A stretch of 64,000 nt of DNA from positions 96,304 through 160,303 of the forward strand of contig CAZUVX010000001.1 in the NCBI GenBank assembly GCA_964623865.1, in the 5' to 3' direction. Below the pieces are notes generated by a model that saw only the letters and a program-made list of their open reading frames with translations, was not told the origin of the DNA and ran no database searches. Below are positions 45,977 to 54,923 of the stretch, in pieces. The DNA is from an uncultured Spirochaetaceae bacterium (GTDB taxonomy: Bacteria; Spirochaetota; Spirochaetia; DSM-27196; PWMO01). How positions within the stretch are numbered: position 1 is the first letter of the stretch; the number at the start of each line of letters is the position of its first letter. The position numbers and the translations under genes were made by a program.

Positions 45977-48900
45977 CGAGACGGTCGCTTCTGAATCACA
46001 ATCGAAGGCCTTGGTCGAGCAACTGCGCCCGCACGTTTCGGCGAATCGCAGCGGTGGTCCTCGTGCTCGGCGCTCTGGTCGGGCAGGCGTGGGGGCAGGA
46101 GCTGAACCTGGAGGACCGGGATCTTTACTTCGAGTCACCTCGAGAGCTCGTACCCGAAACGGCTCGATTTCCGGATGCTCACAGCGCAGACGACTTCATT
46201 GTCGTTGTTTATCAGGAGGTCCTGCGGGAGGGGCCGGAATCCGGGGAGATCTACATAAGCCTCCAGACCTCGTCGACGGGACGGGAGTGGTCGCAGAAGC
46301 GCCGCGTGATCGGCCCCATTCCCTTGCGGACGGAGACCACGCCGCTCGTGTTTGCCTCCGCGGTCGGCCCCGAGGGCGACATCTTCGTGGTTGTCGGGGA
46401 GTCGGCAAACACGACCCGAGTGTACCGCTCCGACGATCGCGGGCAGAGCTTCGATGAGGTGGCCTCCCTGGCGACGGAGGCCACCAGCGTATCGCCCCGT
46501 CTCTTCGTCGCCTCCGACGGGGGAATCCTTCTGTTCGTGAATCAGAACATTGGGCTTACCCAGTCGATTCTCTCCTCCTATTCCGATGATGGTGACGAGT
46601 GGACTCCGTTCGAGCCCCTCGTGGCGGATGAGGAGGACCTTCCCTTCAACTTCCTTCCCGACCACACCACCTTCGATGGGCGTGACTACGTTGTCTTTCA
46701 GAGCTTCAACCCGAACGAGTCGACAAACTACCAGCTCTACTCGAAGGTGAGTACCGACGGTGGGCGAAGCTGGTCCGAGGCAACGCTCATAACGGATTTC
46801 ACGTCCGATCGCGAAGAGGACGACTACCTGGTTTACGACAACCAGCGCCCGGATATCGACACGCTCAACGGAACCCTTGCCATGGTGTGGGAGCGCCGGC
46901 GCCGGGGCGGCCGCAAGGAAGTGTTCTACGGAGAGCTCAACCGCGAAGGAACTTTCAGTACCACTCCGGAGCGGGCAAGCCTTGCCACGGATACGGCGAA
47001 CTTTCCGCGGCTCATTCGGCACGAAGGTGAAACCTATGTCGTCTGGTTCACGAACCCCCGGGCGAATGCCGACGTGACGCTGGCGGCTCGGACCGGCGGG
47101 CTGTGGCTCTCGACGAGGCTGAGCCCCCGCGCCGGGGTCTCGGCCTTTGCGCGTCCTTTGGTGGCCAACGGCAGGGTCCACATCTTCTGGCAGTACGAGC
47201 CTCCCGGTGGGAGCGCCCGGATCACCTACATGGAACCAGACCAGCGCGCAGCCCCGCCGTCCCCGACCCCGGTAAACCATGTGGCCGGTCGACGCTCCGG
47301 AAACACCGTCGCCGAGTACCGCTGGGACGCGCCGGACGACCCCTCGGGGATTCGCGGGTACAACTACGTGTGGTCCCGCGACCCCGGGGCGCCGGTGCCG
47401 CAGGAGCTCAACTACTCCTCTCAGACGACGAACGAGAGCTTTCAGGCAACGGAGGACGGCTCGTGGTACTTCCGCATTGCCGCCGTAGACCGGGCCGGAA
47501 ACTGGTCGGAACCCGTCACGCGGGAGTTCTTCCGCGATACCACACCGCCGCCGCCCGTAACATTCGAGAGGCCACCTCTAGACGAAGAGGGATATCTCGC
47601 ATCGAACACCTTCTCCCTCTCGTGGCAACCGCCGGAGGCGCCGGACTTAGCGGGCTATACCGTCTCCTTTGACCGGGTCGCCGGCGCCGACGCGTCCCCG
47701 ACCACTGTGTCCCTCGAGGAGGCGTCCCTGCCTCAGCAGGTCCTGACAACCGCTACGGCTCTGTCACGGACGAACGAAGACGACGGGCTGTGGCGTCTCT
47801 CCGTAGCGCCGGTCGACGACGTCGGCAACGTCGGGGAGGCGAGGTCGCTCTTGGTCCGGCTCAACAAGTACATCCCGACGACGCAGGTCTTCCGGATCGC
47901 CTCGGAACGCGACATTCTGGGGCGCTACCGGCTGAGCGTTTCCGGCCGCGGGTTCACCGCAAACGGGACCATAGACCGCGTGATCCTGGACGCAGACGGG
48001 GATGAGCCCTACGACTACGTCTTCGAGGTTGCCGAGGACTACCGGGTGGTCGACAACGGCCTGATCGACGGGCTCACCGTTTCGGACATTGAAACCGGAT
48101 CCTACCGTCTCGGCCTTCGGCATACCGAGCGGGGCTCCTATTTCCCGCCTCAGCGGCTCACCTTCGAGGAGAGCGGCGTCATTACCTTTGGCGACTACAC
48201 CGTTCGGTACGCTCCGGAGTTCGCCGTGAGGTCGCCGTCCCTCTTCGTATTTCAGGGTTCCTGGATCCTTGTGTGGGCGGTTGTTGCGGTCATGCTCGCC
48301 GTCGTGGTCTTCTCGTCGTTCCGCCTGGCAGGGGTGGTCCGGGACAGTCGTCAGCTGCAGCAGAACGTGCAGGCGCTCATCACGGGGGACGCTCTCTCCA
48401 TTGAGAAGAAGCGCCGGAGGTTGGAAGAAATGAGACGAACCGGCATGGGATTGCGCGTGAAGTTCGCGCTCTTCGTGGTCGTCCTGGTAGTTGCGGTTGT
48501 GGTCGGCGTTGCCGTCGTCCTGAGCAACGCCGCTCTGGCGCGACAGGAAGCGACCCTTGGTCGTGGATTGGAGCAGCGCATCGAGGTGCTTCTGCGCAGC
48601 GTTTCCAGCCGCGCCGAGGACGCCTTCCTCAACCCCGGCGAGAACCGCCTTGATCTCCAGCTCCTTACGAATCAGAGCGAGGTCATGGATGAGATTGTGT
48701 ACATCACCCTCACGGGTCCCAACGTCAACGGCTCCGGGACGAACTACGTCTGGGCGACGAATGATCCCGCCATTGATCCTAGTATCGATGCCGACGATGC
48801 TCCGGAAGCGCGGCTCCCGCGCGAGCTGGACACGGACAATCTGGTTACCGGGGAGTCTCGTCTCCAGGATCCCGCGACCGAGGCGGTTGAAGAGCTCTTC

Positions 48901-50673
48901 GAGGAGCTCAACGAGGAGGCGCGGGAGGCTCTCGGCGACATTCCGCGCAACATACAGGAGCTCAACGAGGAGCTGACCCAGCTGGTCCTCGAGGGGGCGG
49001 CGGAAGACGATCCTGAGCTGCAGAATCTGGACAACACGCGCCGAGAGCTCGAAGTCGAGCTCAACGAGATTCTGAACCGCGTGGGAGGCGTCGTTCGCAG
49101 CACGCCGCAATTGGACGCCGGGAACCTCTCACAGGACCAGCGGCGCTTCGTCTTCTACACACCCGTCATGGCGTGGAACACCAACGAGTCCCCTGAAGTG
49201 GCGAGGTACTATCGCGGTACCGTCCGGATGGGGGTGTCCACCGAACTCATTCTCCAGGAGATCGAAATCGCCCAACGGGACCTTCTCATCAGCACCGCCG
49301 TGGTCGCCGCGATTGCCGTGGCGGTCGGCGTAGTGGGCGCTCTACTCCTGGCAACCATCGTCGTCATTCCGATCAACCGACTCGTCCGCGGGGTCGAGCT
49401 CATTCGAGACACCGAGGACAAGGAGCAACTCGAAGATCACGTGATCAACGTGCGGACCCGGGACGAGCTTTCCGTTCTGGCGGAGACGGTCAACTCGATG
49501 ACCCAGGGGCTCGTCAGGGCTGCGGCGACCAACAAGGAGCTCACCGTCGGTAAGGAAGTCCAGAAGATGTTCATCCCCCTGGAGGAGGATGAGAACGGCC
49601 GCAAGATGACCACCCTCCACCACAGCGATGAGGGTGTTGAGTTTGCCGGGTACTACGAGGGGGCCTCGGCGGTATCCGGTGACTACTTCCGGTACGACAA
49701 GCTGGACGACCGCCACTACGCGGTGATCAAGTGCGACATCTCCGGGCACGGCGTGGCGGCGGCTCTCATCATGGTGCAGGTGGCGACGCTCTATACCTCG
49801 TTCTTTCGGGACTGGGCGGGCCGACGAAACGGTCAGAGCCTCACCGACCTGGTTGTGCTGGTGAACGACATAATCGAGAGTATGTCCTTCAAAGGGCGAT
49901 TTGCCGCCTTCACCCTGGGCCTTCTGGACACCAGGAGCGGTGACTTCCGGATCTGCAACGCCGGGGACAACCTGATTGATATTCTGGACGGGACTACCGG
50001 GCGACTGGAGCAGCGGAAACTCCCGAGCCCACCGGCGGCGGGCGTCTTCCCGTCGGACCTGGTCGAGATGCGGGGTGGGTTCCAGGAGGTGAAACTCCGG
50101 CTCAAGTCAAACGACACGGCTCTGCTCTACACCGACGGCATTGAGGAGTCCATGCACATTCTCCGGGACTCCCAGTACAACGTGCACGCCGTCACCGAAG
50201 AGGACCACTCCAGCGGCCGCGTCCCCTCGGAGGAGACCGAGGACCCGCGGAAACCGAACAAGATCGACGTGGGACAGCAGCGCGAGGAGTTCGGTATCTG
50301 GCGCATCTACGCCGTTGCGGAGGCGCTCCAGAAGCAGACGGAGTTCCGTCTTACCCGCCTCTACGACCCCGACGGGCTGGACCTGGTCTTCGACTTCACC
50401 GCCTGCGAACCGACCCCCGAGAACGTTGTGCTGGCGCTGGTCTCCGTCGAGAAGGTGTTCCGGCTATATCGGCACCCGGAAGCGGGTCGCGACGACCGGG
50501 TTCGGGTGGATACGAAGATCGAGCGATTCCTGCGACGCTACTTCACGCAGTACGATCAGTACTTCCACCACCCAATGGACGTGCAGGATCTCCCGGAGTA
50601 CCGCTACTTCTCCCACCTACGGGAAGACGAGCAGGAGGACGATCTGACCATCCTGGCCGTTCGCAAGCAGTGA
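45973..50673 (+). CDS. 1,566-aa membrane sensor phosphatase: signal peptide, BNR/Asp-box propeller, Ig/FN3-like modules, 3 TM segments, second periplasmic domain, HAMP, PP2C (SpoIIE-type) phosphatase
   Basis: Asp-boxes YRSDDRGQSF (about 46425), SYSDDGDEWT and VSTDGGRSWSE (about 46745). Repeated RGYNYVWS...DRAGNWSEP / ...DDVGNVGEA modules. TM segments at about 48260-48320, 48463-48525 and 49283-49375. HAMP at about 49366-49530 (PINRLVRGVELI...DELSVLAETVNSMTQGL). PP2C blocks YYEGASAVSGDYF, VIKCDISGHGVAAALIM, LLYTDGIEES, DDLTILAVRK. Confidence 0.85.
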   Translation: MTRRSLLNHNRRPWSSNCARTFRRIAAVVLVLGALVGQAWGQELNLEDRDLYFESPRELVPETARFPDAHSADDFIVVVYQEVLREGPESGEIYISLQTSSTGREWSQKRRVIGPIPLRTETTPLVFASAVGPEGDIFVVVGESANTTRVYRSDDRGQSFDEVASLATEATSVSPRLFVASDGGILLFVNQNIGLTQSILSSYSDDGDEWTPFEPLVADEEDLPFNFLPDHTTFDGRDYVVFQSFNPNESTNYQLYSKVSTDGGRSWSEATLITDFTSDREEDDYLVYDNQRPDIDTLNGTLAMVWERRRRGGRKEVFYGELNREGTFSTTPERASLATDTANFPRLIRHEGETYVVWFTNPRANADVTLAARTGGLWLSTRLSPRAGVSAFARPLVANGRVHIFWQYEPPGGSARITYMEPDQRAAPPSPTPVNHVAGRRSGNTVAEYRWDAPDDPSGIRGYNYVWSRDPGAPVPQELNYSSQTTNESFQATEDGSWYFRIAAVDRAGNWSEPVTREFFRDTTPPPPVTFERPPLDEEGYLASNTFSLSWQPPEAPDLAGYTVSFDRVAGADASPTTVSLEEASLPQQVLTTATALSRTNEDDGLWRLSVAPVDDVGNVGEARSLLVRLNKYIPTTQVFRIASERDILGRYRLSVSGRGFTANGTIDRVILDADGDEPYDYVFEVAEDYRVVDNGLIDGLTVSDIETGSYRLGLRHTERGSYFPPQRLTFEESGVITFGDYTVRYAPEFAVRSPSLFVFQGSWILVWAVVAVMLAVVVFSSFRLAGVVRDSRQLQQNVQALITGDALSIEKKRRRLEEMRRTGMGLRVKFALFVVVLVVAVVVGVAVVLSNAALARQEATLGRGLEQRIEVLLRSVSSRAEDAFLNPGENRLDLQLLTNQSEVMDEIVYITLTGPNVNGSGTNYVWATNDPAIDPSIDADDAPEARLPRELDTDNLVTGESRLQDPATEAVEELFEELNEEAREALGDIPRNIQELNEELTQLVLEGAAEDDPELQNLDNTRRELEVELNEILNRVGGVVRSTPQLDAGNLSQDQRRFVFYTPVMAWNTNESPEVARYYRGTVRMGVSTELILQEIEIAQRDLLISTAVVAAIAVAVGVVGALLLATIVVIPINRLVRGVELIRDTEDKEQLEDHVINVRTRDELSVLAETVNSMTQGLVRAAATNKELTVGKEVQKMFIPLEEDENGRKMTTLHHSDEGVEFAGYYEGASAVSGDYFRYDKLDDRHYAVIKCDISGHGVAAALIMVQVATLYTSFFRDWAGRRNGQSLTDLVVLVNDIIESMSFKGRFAAFTLGLLDTRSGDFRICNAGDNLIDILDGTTGRLEQRKLPSPPAAGVFPSDLVEMRGGFQEVKLRLKSNDTALLYTDGIEESMHILRDSQYNVHAVTEEDHSSGRVPSEETEDPRKPNKIDVGQQREEFGIWRIYAVAEALQKQTEFRLTRLYDPDGLDLVFDFTACEPTPENVVLALVSVEKVFRLYRHPEAGRDDRVRVDTKIERFLRRYFTQYDQYFHHPMDVQDLPEYRYFSHLREDEQEDDLTILAVRKQ

Positions 50674-50705
50674 AGGCGCGGATTCTCCAGGTCGATACTG
50701 AGAGT

Positions 50706-51695
50706 ATGAAACGCAGATACAGGTTCCTGGTTGTCGGTTTCTCCCTCCTCGCACTCCTGCTGCCGGCGGTGCAGCTCTTCGCCGTCTCGATTGTGAACGA
50801 CGGGGACGGCATCCAGTACTTCTACGTCTCCGAACGGACGCCGAAGGAGATTCGCGCGACGATTGCGGACCAGCGCGAGCTGGAGAACTTCATTCAGAGC
50901 AACATGTTCCGGATGCGCTACATTCCCCCGGGAGCCGTGCGGACCGGCGTCTCGGTGCCCGCAGAGGGCGGCACCGTGGTAGTTCTTCACGTGACGCCGG
51001 GAGCCACGGAGTACGAGGTGTCGCTGCACGAGGCCGAGGCGCGTACGGAAGAGATCGCTCCCGCGCCGGAGGGCGAGCCGCGGTTGGCGTCGGTGCAGGC
51101 GTTGGACGTTCGCCTGCCCCGGGAGGTCGTACGCATTGACAACCGCTACGTCGACTGGGAGCGCATTGAGGCGCAAGCCACTTTCTCGGAAGCAACCGCC
51201 CCGGACACCTTTGTTCGGGAGCTGCCGGAGGGCACGGAGACCCTGGCCGTGACGGAGTCACTGACGTGGCCGAAGGCGGGAACGCAACTGGACGCGGTCA
51301 AGGCGGTTCGTGGCGATTCCGCCCTCTACCTCTACGCCTCGGCGACCAGGGAGTACGGGGAGGGTACCTCGATCTTTCTGTATGCCTATCCCGACCGTGA
51401 CGCCGAGCGTCCTGCCTTCACGCTGGAGATTCCCTTCTCGTCGCGGACGAATGCGGTATTGCTCTGGCAGCCCACTCGGGAGACGCCTCGGGTGGTTGGT
51501 GACTTCGCCCGGGCGGGTTTCCTCGTGGAGGCACGGGTCTTTCTCAACGCCCTTCCCGGCGGCATGAGCTTCGTGGAACGGGAGACCTCCTCCTTCGACC
51601 TTGCCACGGCGTATCATCTTCCGAACCGTTTCGAGGAGTTCTTCCATACCACCCTCTACCTGTCGGAGATCCCTCGGCGGGGAGCCGGGATGTGA
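50706..51695 (+). CDS. Hypothetical secreted protein (about 330 aa)
   Basis: Signal peptide MKRRYRFLVVGFSLLALLLPAVQLFAVS. I recognise no motif. An alternative GTG start at 50670 overlaps the upstream stop (GTGA). Codon usage is GC3-rich and consistent with neighbouring genes. Confidence 0.6.
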   Translation: MKRRYRFLVVGFSLLALLLPAVQLFAVSIVNDGDGIQYFYVSERTPKEIRATIADQRELENFIQSNMFRMRYIPPGAVRTGVSVPAEGGTVVVLHVTPGATEYEVSLHEAEARTEEIAPAPEGEPRLASVQALDVRLPREVVRIDNRYVDWERIEAQATFSEATAPDTFVRELPEGTETLAVTESLTWPKAGTQLDAVKAVRGDSALYLYASATREYGEGTSIFLYAYPDRDAERPAFTLEIPFSSRTNAVLLWQPTRETPRVVGDFARAGFLVEARVFLNALPGGMSFVERETSSFDLATAYHLPNRFEEFFHTTLYLSEIPRRGAGM

Positions 51696-52096
51696 GCAAT
51701 CGCAGCCGCTTCTACTGCGAGAATTGCGGCAAAGAGGTGCGCGCAAGCGCAAAGGTCTGCCCCCATTGCGGCCGGTTCTTCTCCGCGGTTCGCTGCCCGG
51801 TCTGCGGCTTCACCGGTGAGAGCCGGCTCTTTCTCCAGGGGTGCCCGAGTTGCGGATACGCCGGCGCCACCGGACAGCCGGACCGGCCCGACTCGGGCTT
51901 CGAGGTCTACGACGTGGAGAGCATCTCGGGAGGTGAAGGAGCGTCCCGGAGAGGGCGAGCCTCGCCGGCAGGTGGAGGCGCTGCAGGTAGACGGCGTTCG
52001 GCCGCTCGCGGCGCTCCGCCCTGGCTCTACTGGCTGACCTTGGCGCTTCTCGGGCTCTTCTTCGTGATCATGGCGGTCATTTACATGAGGTTGTAG
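51692..52096 (+). CDS. Double zinc-ribbon protein with a C-terminal transmembrane anchor
   Basis: Four CxxC pairs are present: CENCGKEVRASAKVCPHCGRFFSAVRCPVCGFTGESRLFLQGCPSCG. An R/G/A-rich linker and the TM segment PPWLYWLTLALLGLFFVIMAVIY follow. The GTG start overlaps the upstream stop. Confidence 0.7.
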   Translation: MSNRSRFYCENCGKEVRASAKVCPHCGRFFSAVRCPVCGFTGESRLFLQGCPSCGYAGATGQPDRPDSGFEVYDVESISGGEGASRRGRASPAGGGAAGRRRSAARGAPPWLYWLTLALLGLFFVIMAVIYMRL

Positions 52097-52098
52097 CG

Positions 52099-52683
52099 AT
52101 GAGACGACCGATGCCGAGAGAGCGTAGACATCGACCCATACTACTCTTGCCGGTATTGCTGGCCGCGCTCTTCCTGTCGACGCCTCTGTGGTCCCAGGAG
52201 AACACGGCTGAGGAGGACAGGGTTCCGACCGGATTCGACACGATCACCCTTGGTGCTGCGAAAAGCGAGGTGCAGGAGTTGCTCCAGGGCAACAGCTACT
52301 TCCGCTACCGAGGCGACCCGGACGTGAGTCTGCTGCCGTTCTCGCAAGAACGCAGCGTGATCGAGGCGGAGGGACGGACCTTCATTGATCGCGCCTTCTT
52401 CCAGTTCAACGAGCAGGCGCTCTACATCATCATTCTGCAGCTGAACCCGGACCGCATGGACCACTACTCGGTCTATCAATCACTCACCTCGCAGTACGGG
52501 GAGGCGACCCGGGTGGGGCCGCGGGAAATCGTCTGGGAGTGGGAGAACGTGCGCCTCTCCCTGGAACGTCCGCTCACGGTGAAGTACATTGATCTGCCGG
52601 TCTTCGAGGCGCTTCGCGGCGAGGCGCAGGTGGAGCGTTCCCTCCGGGAAGTTACCCGGGACCGCTTCCTCGAGGACCTGTAG
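52099..52683 (+). CDS. Hypothetical secreted protein (about 190 aa)
   Basis: Signal peptide ...RHRPILLLPVLLAALFLSTPLWSQE. It starts 2 nt after the upstream stop. No recognisable motif. Confidence 0.6.
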   Translation: MRRPMPRERRHRPILLLPVLLAALFLSTPLWSQENTAEEDRVPTGFDTITLGAAKSEVQELLQGNSYFRYRGDPDVSLLPFSQERSVIEAEGRTFIDRAFFQFNEQALYIIILQLNPDRMDHYSVYQSLTSQYGEATRVGPREIVWEWENVRLSLERPLTVKYIDLPVFEALRGEAQVERSLREVTRDRFLEDL

Positions 52684-52792
52684 ACGAATGCGCAGGAAGC
52701 GACGACGTCGGTGACGGGGCGGCCGCGTACCCGGAACTGCGTCCCCGGGGCCGACGCCCGGGACCGACGTTCCAGCCGAGGATGGAGGTAGT

Positions 52793-53245
52793 GTGAGCGT
52801 GCGAAAGGGTGTGCAGATCCTGACGGCAATGCTGGCGCTTTCGCTGGCCGCGGGGGCGGCGGCGTGTCAGGGCGGCGATGAGGTTGAGCTGCGCGTCGGC
52901 TCGTACCGCGTTACCGCGGAGATTGCGGACACCGAGGACGAGCGGCGCCGCGGTCTCATGTTCCGGGAAACGCTTCCCGCCAATCACGGCATGCTCTTTG
53001 TCTTCCCCGATGAGGCGCCCCGGAGCTTCTGGATGCGCAACACGGAGATCCCCCTCACCATTGCATATGCAGATGCGGACGGACGCATTGTGAGCATCCA
53101 CGACATGGAGCCGTTTTCCGAAGAGCCCGTCCCCTCCCGGGGCGCGGCGAAGTACGCCCTCGAGGTCAACCAAGGCGAGCTCGCGGCGAAGGGCGTGCAG
53201 GTAGGGGATGTCCTGGAGATTCCCGATTCCGTGAAGGCGAAGTAG
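52793..53245 (+). CDS. DUF192-domain lipoprotein
   Basis: Lipobox LSLAAGAAAC. The DUF192 pattern is VTAEIADTEDERRRGLMFRETLPANHGMLFVFPDEAPRSFWMRNTEIPLTIAYADADGRIVSI...YALEVNQG. GTG start after GGAGG. Confidence 0.8.
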   Translation: MSVRKGVQILTAMLALSLAAGAAACQGGDEVELRVGSYRVTAEIADTEDERRRGLMFRETLPANHGMLFVFPDEAPRSFWMRNTEIPLTIAYADADGRIVSIHDMEPFSEEPVPSRGAAKYALEVNQGELAAKGVQVGDVLEIPDSVKAK

Positions 53246-53349
53246 GCCGTACCGTATCCCGAACGTTGTTGATCGAACCAGGTGGTTTTCAACAGCTTGG
53301 GAAAGAGGTTACGCGCACCGCTCCGCCGGGAGAGCGCGCAGGGGGGTCT

Positions 53350-53613
53350 TCACCCTTCGTCACCTCCGGCGTCGTCCCGCAGCTCTTCGAGCTCCGGAAA
53401 GAGTTCCAGCGCCGGTTTCTCGTCTTCGTTGTCGGGTTCGTTTACCAGTATCTCGATACGCCGTTCCACCTTGGAGAGGTCCCTCTCCAGGCTCTTGGCA
53501 AGCTTTATGCCCTCTTCGAAGGCGCCGACCGCCTCGTCCAGGGAGACGTCGCCGCCGCGGATCTGTGCGACCAGCTCTTCGAGGCGCTCCAGTCGTTCTT
53601 CAAAGCTCTTCAC
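53350..53613 (-). CDS. xseB: Exodeoxyribonuclease VII small subunit
   Basis: FEERLERLEELVAQIRGGDVSLDEAVGAFEEGIKLAKSLERDLSKVERRIEIL is the classic XseB sequence. It overlaps the xseA stop by 14 nt. Confidence 0.9.
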   Translation of the reverse strand: MKSFEERLERLEELVAQIRGGDVSLDEAVGAFEEGIKLAKSLERDLSKVERRIEILVNEPDNEDEKPALELFPELEELRDDAGGDEG

Positions 53614-54835
53614 GGATTCGTCGCTCCTTTACTTCGGCATCGAGTTCGGATCGGGCAAAGATGACGCTCACGACGTCGCCCGTTGCAGTGCTCCCGGCGT
53701 CGGTGATGACCGTTCCGCTCTCCTGCCGCCGGACGATCGCGTACCCCCGGTCGAGAACGCCCTGCGGCGAGAGGGCGGTGAGGCTTTCCGTGAGACCGCG
53801 GAGGTGCGTGCGGCGCTCCTTGACCAGGGCGTTCGTTGCATAGATCAAGGACTCCCCGGCGTCGTCGAGGCGCAGCATGTAGGGCTGCAGGAGCGCGTCA
53901 AAGGTGTGGTGGAGCGACTCCGGCGTGAACTGCCGCGCCGCCGCGCGCGCTCGCCGAACGGTGGAGCCGAGGGCGTAGATCAGGGCGCGGCCGTTGTCGA
54001 GGATGCGCTGCCGTACCTCCACCTGTTGGCCGCTGACGAGCTCCGCCGCGGCGCTGGGGGTCGGCGCCCGGACGTCTGCGGCGAGGTCGGAGAGGGCGAC
54101 GTCGATCTCATGGCCCACCGCCGAGATGATTGGTGTTTCCGTCGCGGCGACGGCCCGCACGACCACCTCCTCCGAGAAGGGGAGCAAATCCTCGATCGAG
54201 CCGCCGCCGCGGGTCACGACGATCACGTCCCCCAGGCGAAGCCGGTCGGCCCGGGCTATCTGGGCGGCCAGTTTTGGCGCCGCCTCGCTCCCCTGGACGG
54301 GTGAAGGTACGACAACCACGTCGATTCCCGCGTGCCGGCGTCCGAGGACCTGCACGAAGTCGCGGATTGCCGCGCCCGTGGGGGAGGTGACGACGGCAAT
54401 GCGCTCGGGAAAGGCGGGAAGCGCCTTCTTGCGCTCCGGATCGAAGAGGCCTTCCGCGGCAAGGGCCTTCTTGCGCTGCTCCAGCATGGCCAGGAGCCGG
54501 CCGACGCCGGCAAGGTGCAGCTCCTCGACGATGATCTGATAGGATCCGCGCTTGGGATAGACCGAAATGGAGCCGCGCGCTCGAACCAGCATGCCGTCTT
54601 CCGGGCGGAACGTGACGCGGTTGGCGCGGCCGCGGAACATTACGGCCTGGATGACTGCGTCCTCGTCCTTGAGAGAGAAGTACCAGTGTCCGGCGCCGGA
54701 GGCCTTCAAGTTGGAGACCTCGCCCTCAATGGTGACCACTGGAAAGGTGGCCTCCAGGGCCGCCTTGATCAGGTTGGTGATCTCCGCCACGTGGTAGATG
54801 CGACCGCCGCCGGTGTCCACTGCAGGGCTCTGCAT
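53600..54835 (-). CDS. xseA: Exodeoxyribonuclease VII large subunit
   Basis: From the ATG at 54835: IYHVAEITNLIKAALEATFPVVTIEGEVSNLKASGAGHWYFSLKDEDAVIQAVMF (OB fold) ...IAVVTSPTGAAIRDF...VTRGGGSIEDL...VISAVGHEIDV. Confidence 0.9.
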   Translation of the reverse strand: MQSPAVDTGGGRIYHVAEITNLIKAALEATFPVVTIEGEVSNLKASGAGHWYFSLKDEDAVIQAVMFRGRANRVTFRPEDGMLVRARGSISVYPKRGSYQIIVEELHLAGVGRLLAMLEQRKKALAAEGLFDPERKKALPAFPERIAVVTSPTGAAIRDFVQVLGRRHAGIDVVVVPSPVQGSEAAPKLAAQIARADRLRLGDVIVVTRGGGSIEDLLPFSEEVVVRAVAATETPIISAVGHEIDVALSDLAADVRAPTPSAAAELVSGQQVEVRQRILDNGRALIYALGSTVRRARAAARQFTPESLHHTFDALLQPYMLRLDDAGESLIYATNALVKERRTHLRGLTESLTALSPQGVLDRGYAIVRRQESGTVITDAGSTATGDVVSVIFARSELDAEVKERRIREEL

Positions 54836-54923
54836 AGTGTGGAGACTATCTTTTCGTCGTGATAAACTCAACAAACTGCCTGGGAGGAGCCCACTCTTGT
54901 CGACTGGAATCTGCGTTAACGCC

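Noticed and set aside
43520-49110. Long minus-strand ORFs 43520..45127, 46135..47280 and 47764..49110 inside the two giant genes
   Set aside because: All are antisense to ORFs that have signal peptides, Asp-boxes, TM segments and HAMP/PP2C motifs. Their own translations are low-complexity and R/G/P-rich.
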